Assembly: GCA_013001575.1 (NCBI GenBank)
Contig: JABDMI010000071.1
Span: forward strand, 1,171 to 65,170
Length of the DNA: 64,000 bases
From: Gammaproteobacteria bacterium
GTDB taxonomy: Bacteria; Pseudomonadota; Gammaproteobacteria; Steroidobacterales; JABDMI01
Reading direction: 5' to 3'
The notes under the pieces are model-generated. The model searched no databases and was not told the origin of the DNA. It saw nothing but the letters and a program-made list of their open reading frames with translations. The translations under genes and the position numbers were made by a program. Shown here piece by piece: positions 46,415 to 56,548 of the stretch (position 1 is the first letter of the stretch; the number at the start of each line of letters is the position of its first letter).

Positions 46415-46694
46415 ATAAGTTAACTGAATTTAGACAAAGTCTAATATCTCTAACTTTACGCCACTTAAGATTGGCTGTCAATCTTTCTTGACCCACTCTT
46501 CTTTCAGGCCGTATTTAGCCACAACTCATGATCTTGAGTAGCGCTTATGTCGCAAAATAATAGGTCGGAATCGCTATGACCATATTTTGAACTGAGCGTA
46601 GTATTATCACTCACAAATTAAGCAAATTAATTTGCGCAGTCGCGTAAAATGCTAGCTCTTCGCAACAATCGACAAAAGCCGTACGAGAAACATC

Positions 46695-46943
46695 ATGACA
46701 AAAAAGAAAACTTCGAGTAAAAAACCAGCCATCGCGATGTTCGAAGAATCCATTCAGGAACTCGAAAGTCTGGTCGAGCAAATGGAGCACGGCCAGTTAT
46801 CGCTGGATGAGACCTTGCAACACTTTGAACGTGGCGTGAAATTAACCGGTTTATGTCAAAAAGCTCTGGAGCAGGCCGAGCAACGAGTACAAACTCTGCA
46901 AGCCAAAGCCGAGCTCAGTGTGCAAAATGCAGAAGAAGAATAA
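46695..46943 (+). CDS. xseB: Exodeoxyribonuclease VII small subunit
   Basis: 82 aa, FEESIQELESLVEQMEHGQLSLDETLQHFERG is canonical XseB; xseB-ispA-dxs operon order. Confidence 0.92.
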   Translation: MTKKKTSSKKPAIAMFEESIQELESLVEQMEHGQLSLDETLQHFERGVKLTGLCQKALEQAEQRVQTLQAKAELSVQNAEEE

Positions 46944-47005
46944 TTAATTTTATTTACGCACACTAAATTCACACAATCTCCACATCACACAATTACTATT
47001 TTCAC

Positions 47006-47884
47006 ATGCAAGAATTTGTAACGCGTATTGAAAATGCCCTGGAGGCACGCCTGCCATCCGCAGATCTGGCTCCACAACGCTTGCACGCAGCGATTCGTTA
47101 CGCGGTATTGGGGAATGGCAAACGTGTGCGACCCGCTTTGGTCTACGCCAGTGGAGAATCTTTTGGTATCCACCCACAACGCCTGGATACCATCGCCGTA
47201 GCGGTTGAAATGATCCATGCGTATTCATTAATTCATGATGACCTGCCCGCCATGGACGATGATGATCTGCGCCGCGGTCGTCCCACCTGCCATATTAAAT
47301 TTGATGAAGCCACCGCGATCCTTGCAGGAGATGCCTTGCAAGTGTTGGCGTTTGAGATCCTGGCCAGTGATGAAAGTCTGGAGGCAAATGCCGAACAACG
47401 ATTGCAACTGGTGCGAATGCTCAGTCACGCCAGTGGAACGTTTGGCATGGCCGGCGGCCAATTCTTTGATCTGGAATCAACCGCCAGTGCCAATCGGATA
47501 TCTCCCACGCAACTGGAACAGATCCACAGTTTGAAAACCGGGGCTTTGATCGAGGCCGCCATTTGCATGCCCGCAATTTTAAATTCGCAACTCGATACAA
47601 TATCGCGTGAGCATTTGAAATTATTTGCCCAAGAGATCGGCTTGGCCTTTCAGATCCAGGACGACATTTTGGATGAGATCGGTGACACCAGCACACTGGG
47701 CAAAAACGCCGGGGCCGATCGTGAATTGGGCAAAGCCACTTACCCCGCCGTACTGGGCCTGGAGCAGGCTCAACAATTACGCGACAGCCATTATCAAAAT
47801 GCTTTGGAAGCTTTGGACAAGCTGCCACAAAACTCTGTTGCATTGCGCAAATTGGCTCAATTTATTGTCAACAGACAACAATAA
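47006..47884 (+). CDS. ispA: (2E,6E)-farnesyl diphosphate synthase
   Basis: DDxxxxD (IHDDLPAMDDDDLRRG) and DDILD motifs. Confidence 0.92.
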   Translation: MQEFVTRIENALEARLPSADLAPQRLHAAIRYAVLGNGKRVRPALVYASGESFGIHPQRLDTIAVAVEMIHAYSLIHDDLPAMDDDDLRRGRPTCHIKFDEATAILAGDALQVLAFEILASDESLEANAEQRLQLVRMLSHASGTFGMAGGQFFDLESTASANRISPTQLEQIHSLKTGALIEAAICMPAILNSQLDTISREHLKLFAQEIGLAFQIQDDILDEIGDTSTLGKNAGADRELGKATYPAVLGLEQAQQLRDSHYQNALEALDKLPQNSVALRKLAQFIVNRQQ

Positions 47885-48030
47885 ACCCGATGGTTTACCG
47901 GTAAAACGTGACGCTCATCCTGCCTGAGCGTGAAATTTTGCAAGCCGTCCGGCACAAGCTGCTCAGGCTTGCCGCAAACAGGTAAAATGGTCGATTACTA
48001 CGCTGCTGTCGAGCTTTATTCCAAACCCAT

Positions 48031-49935
48031 ATGAATTCTGAACGCTACCCATTGTTGTCGCAGATCGACTCGCCGAAAACGTTGCGAGCGATGCCGGCTT
48101 CTGACATGCCGCAGGTGTGTACGGAATTGCGTGACTATCTGATCGAGGTCATGAGTACAACCAGCGGTCATTTTGCCGCCGGTCTGGGCGCCTTGGAACT
48201 CACGGTAGCCATGCATTATGTGTACGACACCCCCAAAGACCGTTTGGTCTGGGATGTGGGGCATCAGGCCTATCCGCATAAGGTCTTGACCGGGCGGGCC
48301 GATGAATTAAAAACCATTCGCAAATGGAACGGGCTTGCACCGTTTCCCAAACGGGCTGAAAGTGAATACGACACTTTGGGCGTGGGGCATTCCAGTACCT
48401 CGATCGGTGCTGCCCTGGGCATGGCGATCGCGAATGACCACCAAAGCCAGGACAAACGCATTGCCGCAATAATCGGTGACGGCGCCATGACCGCGGGCAT
48501 GGCCTTTGAAGCGCTGAATCACGCGGGATCCCTGGATGTGGATCTGCTGGTGGTGCTGAACGACAATGAAATGTCGATCTCGGAAAATGTTGGCGCCATG
48601 GCCAGGTACTCGGCAAAGATCCTTTCCGGAAAAACTTACACCACCATTAAAGAAGGCGGTAAAAAGATTCTGCAGGGCATTCCGACGGCGTTGGAGTTGG
48701 CGCGCCGATCGGAAGAATACGTCAAAGGCATGGTCTTACCCGGCACCATTTTTGAAGAACTCGGGTTTAACTACATTGGACCAATTGATGGTCACGATGT
48801 GATGTTACTGATCGAAACTTTACAGAACATGCGTGAGTTGCAGGGTCCGCAGTTTTTGCACATTGTGACTAAAAAAGGCAAAGGCTACGCGCCGGCCGAA
48901 GCGGACCCGATCAAGTGGCACGCACCCGGTCCCTTCGATCGTGAAAGTGGTTCGGTGAAAAAGAAAAAATCGACCACGCCAACCTATTCCCAAGTGTTTG
49001 GCGAATGGCTCTGCGATAGTGCGTCACACGATGAACGGGTGGTTGGTATTACTCCGGCCATGCGTGAAGGTTCGGGTATGGTCGAGTTCTCGCGTCGCTT
49101 CCCGCGCCGCTATTTTGATGTGGCCATTGCCGAACAACATTCGGTAACCCTGGCAGCGGGTCTGGCCTGTGACGGCATGAAACCGGTGGTTGCCATTTAC
49201 TCCACTTTTTTACAACGCGCCTACGATCAGTTGATCCATGACGTGGCCATCCAGAATTTACCCGTGGTGTTTGCCATCGATCGCGCCGGACTGGTGGGAG
49301 CAGACGGGCCTACGCACGCTGGCAGTTTTGATCTGACCTACTTACGCTGCGTACCCAACATGGTGGTCATGGCGCCGGCCAATGAGAACGAATGTCGACA
49401 AATGCTGTCCACCGGTTTGGCGCTAAACCAGCCGAGTGCTGTGCGTTATCCGCGCGGCCAGGGTCCCGGTGTCGCCATCAACAAAGAACTCCAGACCCTG
49501 GAGGTGGGCAAAGCCGAGATGGTTCGCAAGGGTCAGGGTCTGGCTATCTTGTCATTCGGTGCCTTGTTGGAAAATGTTCGCCCACTTGCCGATAAACTTG
49601 GCGCCACTTTGGTGAATATGCGCTTTGTCAAACCACTGGATAGTGAACTGTTGCAATCCCTCAGTGCCACGCACAGCGCTTTTGTGACTGTGGAAGACAA
49701 CGCCATTGCCGGTGGCGCCGGGAGTGCCGTGAATGAGTATTTACAGGCCAATAATATTGCAATGCCTGTCCTGAATCTGGGTATTCCGGATGAATTTGTT
49801 GAACATGGCTCTAGGGAAGAGTGTCTAAGCAGTATCGGTCTGGACGCCGAAGGTTTACAATCCGCCATTGAATCCTGGCCCCATTGCCCCAATCTATCGA
49901 GTAACAAAACGAGTAACAAAATAAATATCGCCTGA
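48031..49935 (+). CDS. dxs: 1-deoxy-D-xylulose-5-phosphate synthase
   Basis: 634 aa, [18 protein letters not shown] and the TPP-binding GDGAMTAG motif. Confidence 0.96.
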   Translation: MNSERYPLLSQIDSPKTLRAMPASDMPQVCTELRDYLIEVMSTTSGHFAAGLGALELTVAMHYVYDTPKDRLVWDVGHQAYPHKVLTGRADELKTIRKWNGLAPFPKRAESEYDTLGVGHSSTSIGAALGMAIANDHQSQDKRIAAIIGDGAMTAGMAFEALNHAGSLDVDLLVVLNDNEMSISENVGAMARYSAKILSGKTYTTIKEGGKKILQGIPTALELARRSEEYVKGMVLPGTIFEELGFNYIGPIDGHDVMLLIETLQNMRELQGPQFLHIVTKKGKGYAPAEADPIKWHAPGPFDRESGSVKKKKSTTPTYSQVFGEWLCDSASHDERVVGITPAMREGSGMVEFSRRFPRRYFDVAIAEQHSVTLAAGLACDGMKPVVAIYSTFLQRAYDQLIHDVAIQNLPVVFAIDRAGLVGADGPTHAGSFDLTYLRCVPNMVVMAPANENECRQMLSTGLALNQPSAVRYPRGQGPGVAINKELQTLEVGKAEMVRKGQGLAILSFGALLENVRPLADKLGATLVNMRFVKPLDSELLQSLSATHSAFVTVEDNAIAGGAGSAVNEYLQANNIAMPVLNLGIPDEFVEHGSREECLSSIGLDAEGLQSAIESWPHCPNLSSNKTSNKINIA

Positions 49936-50018
49936 TCCTGTAACTCCCCTGCTCTCAATTCCCGTGTAATATTTTGAGTAGTTCAGCTTTCAGTTAACCA
50001 AGACGTACACACCGCGGA

Positions 50019-50837
50019 ATGATTATGAGCACAGCAACAGCAAACAAAAAATTTGACCAGATCGAAGACGTACAGGGTCGTGAAGATTTAAGACAAATAC
50101 CCATCAACAAGGTTGGTATTAAATCCATCCAGCACCCGGTCAAGATCCGGGATCGTACCGGTGGGGATCAACACACCGTTGCCAATTTCAATATGTATGT
50201 GAATTTGCCACATAATTTCAAAGGCACGCATATGTCGCGCTTTGTGGAAATTCTGGAAAGCTACGAGCGCGAGATCAGTGTTAAGTCGTTCAAAGATATT
50301 TTATCCAAAATGACCGAACGTCTGGAAGCGGAAGAAGGACACATAGAAATGTCTTTCCCGTACTTTGTAATGAAACAGGCTCCTATCTCGAAAGTGCAAA
50401 GTCTGTTGAATTATCAGGTGACCTTTATTGGTGAACGCAAAGGCAATCACAATGAATTAACCGTGCAAGTAACGGTGCCGGTGACCAGCCTGTGTCCATG
50501 CTCAAAAGGCATTTCCGACTACGGCGCGCACAATCAGCGTTCGCACATCACCATCGCAGCAACCTTGGAAGACTTTGTGTGGATCGAGGAATTGATCGAG
50601 TATGCTGAACAAGAAGCGTCTTGCGAACTCTTCGGGATTCTGAAAAGACCGGATGAAAAATACGTGACCGAACGTGCCTACGATAATCCCAAGTTCGTGG
50701 AAGACATCGTACGCGATGTGGCCGCACGCCTTAATGCGGATAAACGGGTGGTGGCGTATGTGGTGGAATCAGAGAACTTTGAGTCCATTCACAATCACTC
50801 GGCTTACGCCTTGATCGAGAAAGACAAACGCGTTTAA
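50019..50837 (+). CDS. folE2: GTP cyclohydrolase I type 2 (FolE2/GCYH-IB)
   Basis: GTHMSRF motif, CPCS Cys pair, about 270 aa typical of FolE2. Confidence 0.85.
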   Translation: MIMSTATANKKFDQIEDVQGREDLRQIPINKVGIKSIQHPVKIRDRTGGDQHTVANFNMYVNLPHNFKGTHMSRFVEILESYEREISVKSFKDILSKMTERLEAEEGHIEMSFPYFVMKQAPISKVQSLLNYQVTFIGERKGNHNELTVQVTVPVTSLCPCSKGISDYGAHNQRSHITIAATLEDFVWIEELIEYAEQEASCELFGILKRPDEKYVTERAYDNPKFVEDIVRDVAARLNADKRVVAYVVESENFESIHNHSAYALIEKDKRV

Positions 50838-50860
50838 TAAGAACTTTATAGTTTGAGAAT

Positions 50861-50887
50861 AAAAGCCTGCTATATGCAGGCTTTTTG
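50861..50887. terminator. Bidirectional rho-independent terminator between folE2 and the aldo/keto reductase gene
   Basis: AAAAGCCTGC-TATAT-GCAGGCTTTTT. Confidence 0.8.
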
Positions 50888-51013
50888 ATTTTGAATTTAT
50901 TAAGGTAATTAAAATAGCCTATGATGAGGCTTCAAAATTGAACAATTTTTGTGTGTCTATAATTGGTGTCTTTTATAATTAAGCTAATTATGCTTAACAT
51001 GCCAGACTCGAAA

Positions 51014-51916
51014 CTAGGCTACGTCATGACCTCGAGATGCTGACAGCATTCTATACCATTGCTCACGGGTAAGTGATAACTGAAGTGAATCAACGGCCTT
51101 TTTAATTCTGCTAATGTTTCCGGTACCCAAAATCGGCACCGGATTGGAAGGCATTTTCATAACCCAGGCATAAATAAGCTGATCAATCGAATCGATATTC
51201 AGTTCATTCGCTATTTTTTTCAATTCATCAACTATGCGCTTTGTTTTTTCAGTCTTTGGATTGAAAATTTCTCCACCACCCAAACAGGACCATGCCATCG
51301 GGCGAGTTCTGGTTTGTTGCAGATTTTCAAGTATTCCTGTATCAAGCACACCCACATTACCCGGATTGAGCTCGATCTGGTTGGTCACCAAGGGTATATC
51401 CAGTCGAGACTGAAGTAATGACATTTGGGCTGAGGTGAAGTTGGACACACCAAAATATTTTACTTTGCCATCAGATCTGAGTTGATGGAACGCTTCACAT
51501 ATTTCATCAGCATCCATCAAAAAATCAGGTCGGTGAATAAGCAATACATCCAGGTAATCAATGCCTAGGCGACTAAGCGATAACTCAGCCGACGATATGA
51601 TCGCTTGTTTGCTTGAATCATAATGTGGAATATTGTTCTTACTTCCAAGTACAATCCCGCACTTTGACACAATCTCAATCTGCTCTCGCAATGATGGCTC
51701 CAGTTTTAATGCCTCGCCGAACAAGCTCTCGCAGGGAGGATTTCCATACACATGAGCATGATCAACCGTCGTAATTCCAAGATTTATATGCTCTTTCATG
51801 AATGCCAAACATTCTTGAGCACTCAAACCCCATTCTGCAAGACGCCAATAGCCTTGAACCAGTTTGGAAAAATGAGGCCCTTCGGGAGACATTTGAATTT
51901 TTGGAATTATTGCCAT
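51014..51916 (-). CDS. Aldo/keto reductase family oxidoreductase (YdhF-like)
   Basis: 300 aa; AKR motifs DHAHVYG, LLIHRPD, VSNF. Confidence 0.85.
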   Translation of the reverse strand: MAIIPKIQMSPEGPHFSKLVQGYWRLAEWGLSAQECLAFMKEHINLGITTVDHAHVYGNPPCESLFGEALKLEPSLREQIEIVSKCGIVLGSKNNIPHYDSSKQAIISSAELSLSRLGIDYLDVLLIHRPDFLMDADEICEAFHQLRSDGKVKYFGVSNFTSAQMSLLQSRLDIPLVTNQIELNPGNVGVLDTGILENLQQTRTRPMAWSCLGGGEIFNPKTEKTKRIVDELKKIANELNIDSIDQLIYAWVMKMPSNPVPILGTGNISRIKKAVDSLQLSLTREQWYRMLSASRGHDVA

Positions 51917-52129
51917 TTCGAATTCTTGAGTTTAACGCCAAGACGTTCTGGTGCGAAGCTTACGAATGCTAGCGGAGTGACAGGTTGCTTGGTCAGCTTC
52001 AACTTCAGATACCTCTTATCCTGACGCACATGTAATTTCTCACAAGTCTATCAGACTAATCCTACAGACCAAAATTTGAAATTGCTTTATATTAATAACT
52101 CTAGTATTTTTGCAAAAGGAATTGCGCTG

Positions 52130-52275
52130 GCTATTGCGCGACGGCAACTTATTGACGCCGACATCACACCTTATTATCAGATCATGAGTCGTTGTGTTCG
52201 ACGAGCATTCTTATGTGGAGTGGAGTTGACTCGTATTCAGGAGTAGATTATTCGCATCGGCGCAATTGTTAGCGG
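52130..52275 (+). pseudogene. Decayed N-terminal remnant of a Y1/IS200-like transposase-family gene
   Basis: Frame 1 reads [38 protein letters not shown] frame shifted by two nt continues [12 protein letters not shown]. This resembles the conserved N-terminus (..[25 protein letters not shown]) that I recall for this family. It has no start codon, contains a frameshift, and is truncated. Confidence 0.45.
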
Positions 52276-52292
52276 GTTTCTACACGACAAAC

Positions 52293-53021
52293 TCAAACTT
52301 TACCCCAGTCCTGCTGTTCTAGATGTCGGCGTAATTGTTCAACCGATTTGAAGCGTTCGAGAATAAGGGTTTTTTTCAAGCCCCGGCAAATATCTTTAAC
52401 CGCTTGCGGTTGTTTGGCGTAAAACTTTCGGCCACCGAGTAATTCATAAAACAAAGTCACCAGATCAATAATGTCTGCACGCTGGTTTTTACGAATGCCT
52501 TCATCATTATGCAAAAAGTCCAGAATTTTCAAGTGATACCTTAAACCTAAACGGTTAACCACAATATTGCCTTCATGGATATCGCCATGATAATCCCGGA
52601 GTAGATGAATTTCTTCAATTCCCACACACAGTGCATGTAACAAGTGCACGGCTTTGTACAGAGTCAGGCGTTTACCGCGTTGCTTTTTCAAATAATCCGA
52701 CAGCAATTCACCTTCCACGTATTCCGAAATAAACACCACCACTTTCTGTCTCTGGAACTGGATCACTTCGCGGTTATGGTAATGGATCACCATATTGCAA
52801 TCTTTCAAACGATGCAGCTGTTTGGCATTGGCTTTAATGGTTTTGTTCTTGATGTTGCGAACCGGGAAAAACAGTTTAGCTGCACGATCTATTCCGGTAT
52901 CCACTTCGCGAATCTTATACACCTCGCCTTCCCAACCGCTTCCCAGCAGTGAGATGACTTCGTATTTTTGGGCGAGAACACGGCCTGGCCTGAGACCGAA
53001 AGTCTGGATGGAATTTTTCAT
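52293..53021 (-). CDS. Small atypical protein-kinase-like protein (kinase core only)
   Basis: G-loop LGSGWEGEVY, AAK lysine, catalytic loop HGDIHEGN, LDF in place of DFG. No recognisable APE/substrate-binding lobe. 242 aa. Confidence 0.65.
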   Translation of the reverse strand: MKNSIQTFGLRPGRVLAQKYEVISLLGSGWEGEVYKIREVDTGIDRAAKLFFPVRNIKNKTIKANAKQLHRLKDCNMVIHYHNREVIQFQRQKVVVFISEYVEGELLSDYLKKQRGKRLTLYKAVHLLHALCVGIEEIHLLRDYHGDIHEGNIVVNRLGLRYHLKILDFLHNDEGIRKNQRADIIDLVTLFYELLGGRKFYAKQPQAVKDICRGLKKTLILERFKSVEQLRRHLEQQDWGKV

Positions 53022-53091
53022 GCGCTGTAAGAAATTTGCCGAAAGCGGTTTACATTGGCCGGCAATTATAACGTCTTAAATTTGTATTAGC

Positions 53092-54345
53092 CTAACTTTG
53101 TAGACGTCGGATCAGAGTACGCAGGAAGACCTTGTTGAATTGCAGTTGGCAGGCCGCCGAGGCTTGTTCCAGCAAGGTGGATCTGACCCTCAATACAGTA
53201 ACATCACCTTCACTCATGATCGACGCCGAACGCCGGGCCGATTGCAAATAGCCGGTTTCACCAAAGCCGTCACCGGTACGCAGATGCCCTACCGTGCGTC
53301 CACCACTCACTACCCCGACCTCACCTTCAACGATGATGTAGAAGCAATCGTCCATTTCGCCTTCTTTAACGATCTCTTGGCCTTCGGAGTATTCATTCCA
53401 GACACTGGCGCGCATCACTTCCCAGATTTCAGGGTAGGAAAAATCGTGGAAAAACTTGAGGCGACGCAATTTACTGAAATGCTCTTGCTGAGTAAGGATG
53501 TCTTCCTGGTCATTAAGATGCTGGAAGGCATTGGTCAGATCTGCGGCAAACTCCAAACCACTGCCATAGCGACGGGACGGTTCTTTTTGCATGGCACGCA
53601 TGGTGATATCTTCTAGCACTTCCGGTACGTCATTGCGTACGGTGTGCATCGGGATCGGGGTTGAATACACGATCTGGTGTAATAATTTTGACAGACTACT
53701 GGCCACAAACGGTCGTGCGCCGGTCAACATTTCATACATCACAACCCCGAGAGAGAACAGGTCGGTTTGCATGGTGATGTCTTTGGACTCGATCTGCTCG
53801 GGCGCCATGTAACTCGGCGAGCCCGCAATGCCATCAATGGTGGAAAGCTCTGCGTTTTGCACCATGGCTATACCAAAATCGATAATACGAACATCGTTTT
53901 CCATGGTCAGCATAATATTGCTGGGCTTAATATCGCGATGCACCACCCCACGGCCATGGGCGTAATGCAAGGCCTTGGCCACTTTGAAAATGATCTCCAG
54001 TACATCGTCCATGCGGAGCAATTTATCTTTTTTGGTATACGAGGATAATGTGCGTGCACCGTGAATGAATTCCATGACCACAAAATAGCGACCCTCTTCT
54101 TCACCCGCATCGTAGATCGGCAAAATGTTCGGGTGCTGGAGCATCCCAACCATGTGCGCTTCGTTAAAAAACATTTTACGTTGCGCTTCTTCTTCGTGCT
54201 CATCCAAATGATCAGACTTATACACCTTGATAGCCACGTCACGACCGTAGAATGGATCATGTGCTAAATAAATATCACCGGTGCTGCCTTTGCCAACCTT
54301 GTTAACAATGACGTACTTGCCTAATTTGTCGAATATTTCTGCCAT
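53092..54345 (-). CDS. Hanks-type Ser/Thr protein kinase fused to a C-terminal cyclic-nucleotide-binding domain
   Basis: GKGSTGDIY, VAIK, HRDIKPSN, DFGIA and SPSYMAPE kinase motifs. The C-terminus carries the cNMP-binding signature FGETGYL....RRSASI. Confidence 0.85.
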   Translation of the reverse strand: MAEIFDKLGKYVIVNKVGKGSTGDIYLAHDPFYGRDVAIKVYKSDHLDEHEEEAQRKMFFNEAHMVGMLQHPNILPIYDAGEEEGRYFVVMEFIHGARTLSSYTKKDKLLRMDDVLEIIFKVAKALHYAHGRGVVHRDIKPSNIMLTMENDVRIIDFGIAMVQNAELSTIDGIAGSPSYMAPEQIESKDITMQTDLFSLGVVMYEMLTGARPFVASSLSKLLHQIVYSTPIPMHTVRNDVPEVLEDITMRAMQKEPSRRYGSGLEFAADLTNAFQHLNDQEDILTQQEHFSKLRRLKFFHDFSYPEIWEVMRASVWNEYSEGQEIVKEGEMDDCFYIIVEGEVGVVSGGRTVGHLRTGDGFGETGYLQSARRSASIMSEGDVTVLRVRSTLLEQASAACQLQFNKVFLRTLIRRLQS

Positions 54346-54384
54346 AAAATTCTAATTTTTATAATGACGGATTGTTGTGATTTC

Positions 54385-54906
54385 TCAAATCGTGAATCCG
54401 GTGTAGTTGCTAAGTAAAAAATCGCATAAATACAATCCGGCTCCAGCAAACAAGCCTGCGATCAGGTCATCCAGCATAATACCAAGTCCGCCATGAACAT
54501 GCGCGTCTAATTGCTTGATTGGCCAAGGTTTTATGATATCGAAAAACCGAAATAATGCAAAACCGATCAGCAGTGCAGGAATACTAACCGCCGCAAAGAG
54601 CATGACCAAATAAAATCCGGCGATCTCGTCCCAGACAATCGAGCCGTGGTCGTGCACGCCGAGCAAGTCGGCGCTTTTCCCACATATCCAGATACCGAGC
54701 AGACTAATTATTGCGAGTATAAGTAATTTAATCGACAGTGACTGTGACGCCGTTAACAGAATGAAAGGAAGTGCCGCCAAAGTGCCCGCCGTACCTGGCG
54801 CTTTAGGCACCAAACCGGTACCAAAACCCAAGGCTAACCAGTGCACCGGGTGCTTAATGAATTGTTGCCTTAGTTCGGCCGGCGGTATACTGGATTTTTT
54901 TGACAT
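54385..54906 (-). CDS. pgpA: Phosphatidylglycerophosphatase A
   Basis: About 170 aa membrane protein, GFGTGL..KAPGTAGTL and DHGSIVWDE motifs; follows thiL as in E. coli. Confidence 0.9.
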   Translation of the reverse strand: MSKKSSIPPAELRQQFIKHPVHWLALGFGTGLVPKAPGTAGTLAALPFILLTASQSLSIKLLILAIISLLGIWICGKSADLLGVHDHGSIVWDEIAGFYLVMLFAAVSIPALLIGFALFRFFDIIKPWPIKQLDAHVHGGLGIMLDDLIAGLFAGAGLYLCDFLLSNYTGFTI

Positions 54907-54925
54907 AGACGCAGTGTATCAGTAA

Positions 54926-55864
54926 TTAGCGAAAGTGCTGATAGCCCGTATCCGATTGTTGATATGGCTGGTCATATAAGGTTGTTGTTACACCCTCGCC
55001 TGCGGTGATCTCGCCAATGCAGCTGATCGGCAGGCCCAATCTTTGACTGAGACCTTTGAGAAATTCAGCTTCGGTGTCAGGCGCACTAAACAACAATTCG
55101 TAATCGTCCCCTGCACAGGCCAGCTTTAGCCGTTTATCCAGATCGAGGGCGGCTAATGCGGGATGCAGCGGAAGTTTTTCCATTGCAATTTGAATGCCGA
55201 CCTTACTGGTACGGGCCAAGCGACTCGCGTCCAGAAGCAATCCATCCGAAATATCCATACAGCTGTTTGCGTGGCCCAATAATTTTTGCCCTAACAACAC
55301 TCGCGCTTGCGGCGCTGTGTAATGCTGTAATAGTTCTTGATTGCAGTCGAGATTATTTTGCAAGCACTCCAATGCAAACATTGCCCCACCCAGACACCCT
55401 GACACATATAACTGGTCACCAACGTTTGCCTGATCGCGGCGCAGGGCCTGACCACTTGCAACAATTCCCATTACGGTTAAACTCAGCGCCAAAGGTCCTT
55501 TCACCGTATCGCCTCCCACCAACTGCACCGCGTAGGCCTGGCATTCACGTTTTAGCGCTCGGGAAAAAATCTGCAACCAAGCCGTGTCCACCTCAGGCAG
55601 GCTCAGGGATAAAGTGATCCATTTAGGGGTTGCACCCATTGCGGCCAGATCACTGAGGGTCACACCCAGACAACGGCTGGCCAATAATTCAGGATCAAAG
55701 TTTGACGGAAAATGCACACCTTCGAGCAAGGTATCCACACTGGTGATCAGTTGATGTGCATCGGGCACTTGCAGGATTGCGGCGTCGTCACCCACACCCA
55801 GGATCACATACGGGTCTGTCACGTCTGAGGTAAAAAAAGTCTGGATTAATTCGTCTTCAGTCAT
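54926..55864 (-). CDS. thiL: Thiamine-monophosphate kinase
   Basis: AIR-synthase-related fold, GDDAAIL and GGD motifs; nusB-thiL-pgpA synteny. Confidence 0.9.
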   Translation of the reverse strand: MTEDELIQTFFTSDVTDPYVILGVGDDAAILQVPDAHQLITSVDTLLEGVHFPSNFDPELLASRCLGVTLSDLAAMGATPKWITLSLSLPEVDTAWLQIFSRALKRECQAYAVQLVGGDTVKGPLALSLTVMGIVASGQALRRDQANVGDQLYVSGCLGGAMFALECLQNNLDCNQELLQHYTAPQARVLLGQKLLGHANSCMDISDGLLLDASRLARTSKVGIQIAMEKLPLHPALAALDLDKRLKLACAGDDYELLFSAPDTEAEFLKGLSQRLGLPISCIGEITAGEGVTTTLYDQPYQQSDTGYQHFR

Positions 55865-55906
55865 TATTCCGTTGCAGGATCCGGGTGGTGGTCATCCTCG
55901 CCCTGG

Positions 55907-56509
55907 TCATTTTTCGTCCTGGTCATTTTTCGGCATATACCAGTCGGGAAAAAAGCGTTTTACGTTCTCATTATCGCGCGCCAGGGCATGGCAACCGTCG
56001 ATCATGGGCGGTTTGCGATTCTTGAACAGTTCGCGGGTCATGTCCTTGATCTCGGCACCGCTTTGTTCTTTGCGACGCTTGGCAAGCAAGGGGCCCAGCG
56101 TCTGGAAAACCACGGTTGCCAGATCACGCAGTAACCCGGTGTGATGGGTACAACCCCGCGTTTGACCAACCGCTTTCTCGGTCGCCGCCGTAAAACCGGA
56201 AACGATCCTTTGTCCGATTAGTTCCTTGTAATTTGGCGTGATCACACCACAGTTCGGGTACGGATGATGATCGCTGACCGCTTCGATATCCACTATGGTA
56301 AAGCTGGTATCCACGGTCAGGCGCATTTTCATGTCATGAATATAATCACCCGGTTTCATGTGCCCGCGTAAAGTGGTGTCAAAGGCATAGGATTTGGTAT
56401 CGGTTAAGCGGCCTTCAATATCGAACAAGCCATCTTCACGTTCATAACCGATGCAATCGATCAGACGTTGATGAATTTGTTGTCGTGCAACGGGTTCGGA
56501 TAACGGCAT
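55907..56509 (-). CDS. DUF2889 family protein
   Basis: 200 aa, with GLFDIEGRLTDTK and RGCTHHTGLL segments matching my recollection of DUF2889; function unknown. Confidence 0.55.
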   Translation of the reverse strand: MPLSEPVARQQIHQRLIDCIGYEREDGLFDIEGRLTDTKSYAFDTTLRGHMKPGDYIHDMKMRLTVDTSFTIVDIEAVSDHHPYPNCGVITPNYKELIGQRIVSGFTAATEKAVGQTRGCTHHTGLLRDLATVVFQTLGPLLAKRRKEQSGAEIKDMTRELFKNRKPPMIDGCHALARDNENVKRFFPDWYMPKNDQDEK

Positions 56510-56548
56510 TAATGCACCTTAAATGAATTGGGTTGAAATGGTGTCGGC

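Noticed and set aside
46401-46422. Fur box upstream of rubrerythrin (TCATAATGATTTCAATAAG)
   Set aside because: Only the ATAATGAT half matches the 19-bp Fur consensus, about 11 of 17 aligned positions by my count. The sequence is a direct repeat, not a palindrome, so I reported it as an unassigned direct repeat instead.
49936-50018. Zur box upstream of folE2 (FolE2 is Zur-regulated in several bacteria)
   Set aside because: I found no palindrome resembling GAAATGTTATAATATAACATTTC in the 83-nt upstream region. Only a short GTAATATT string is present.
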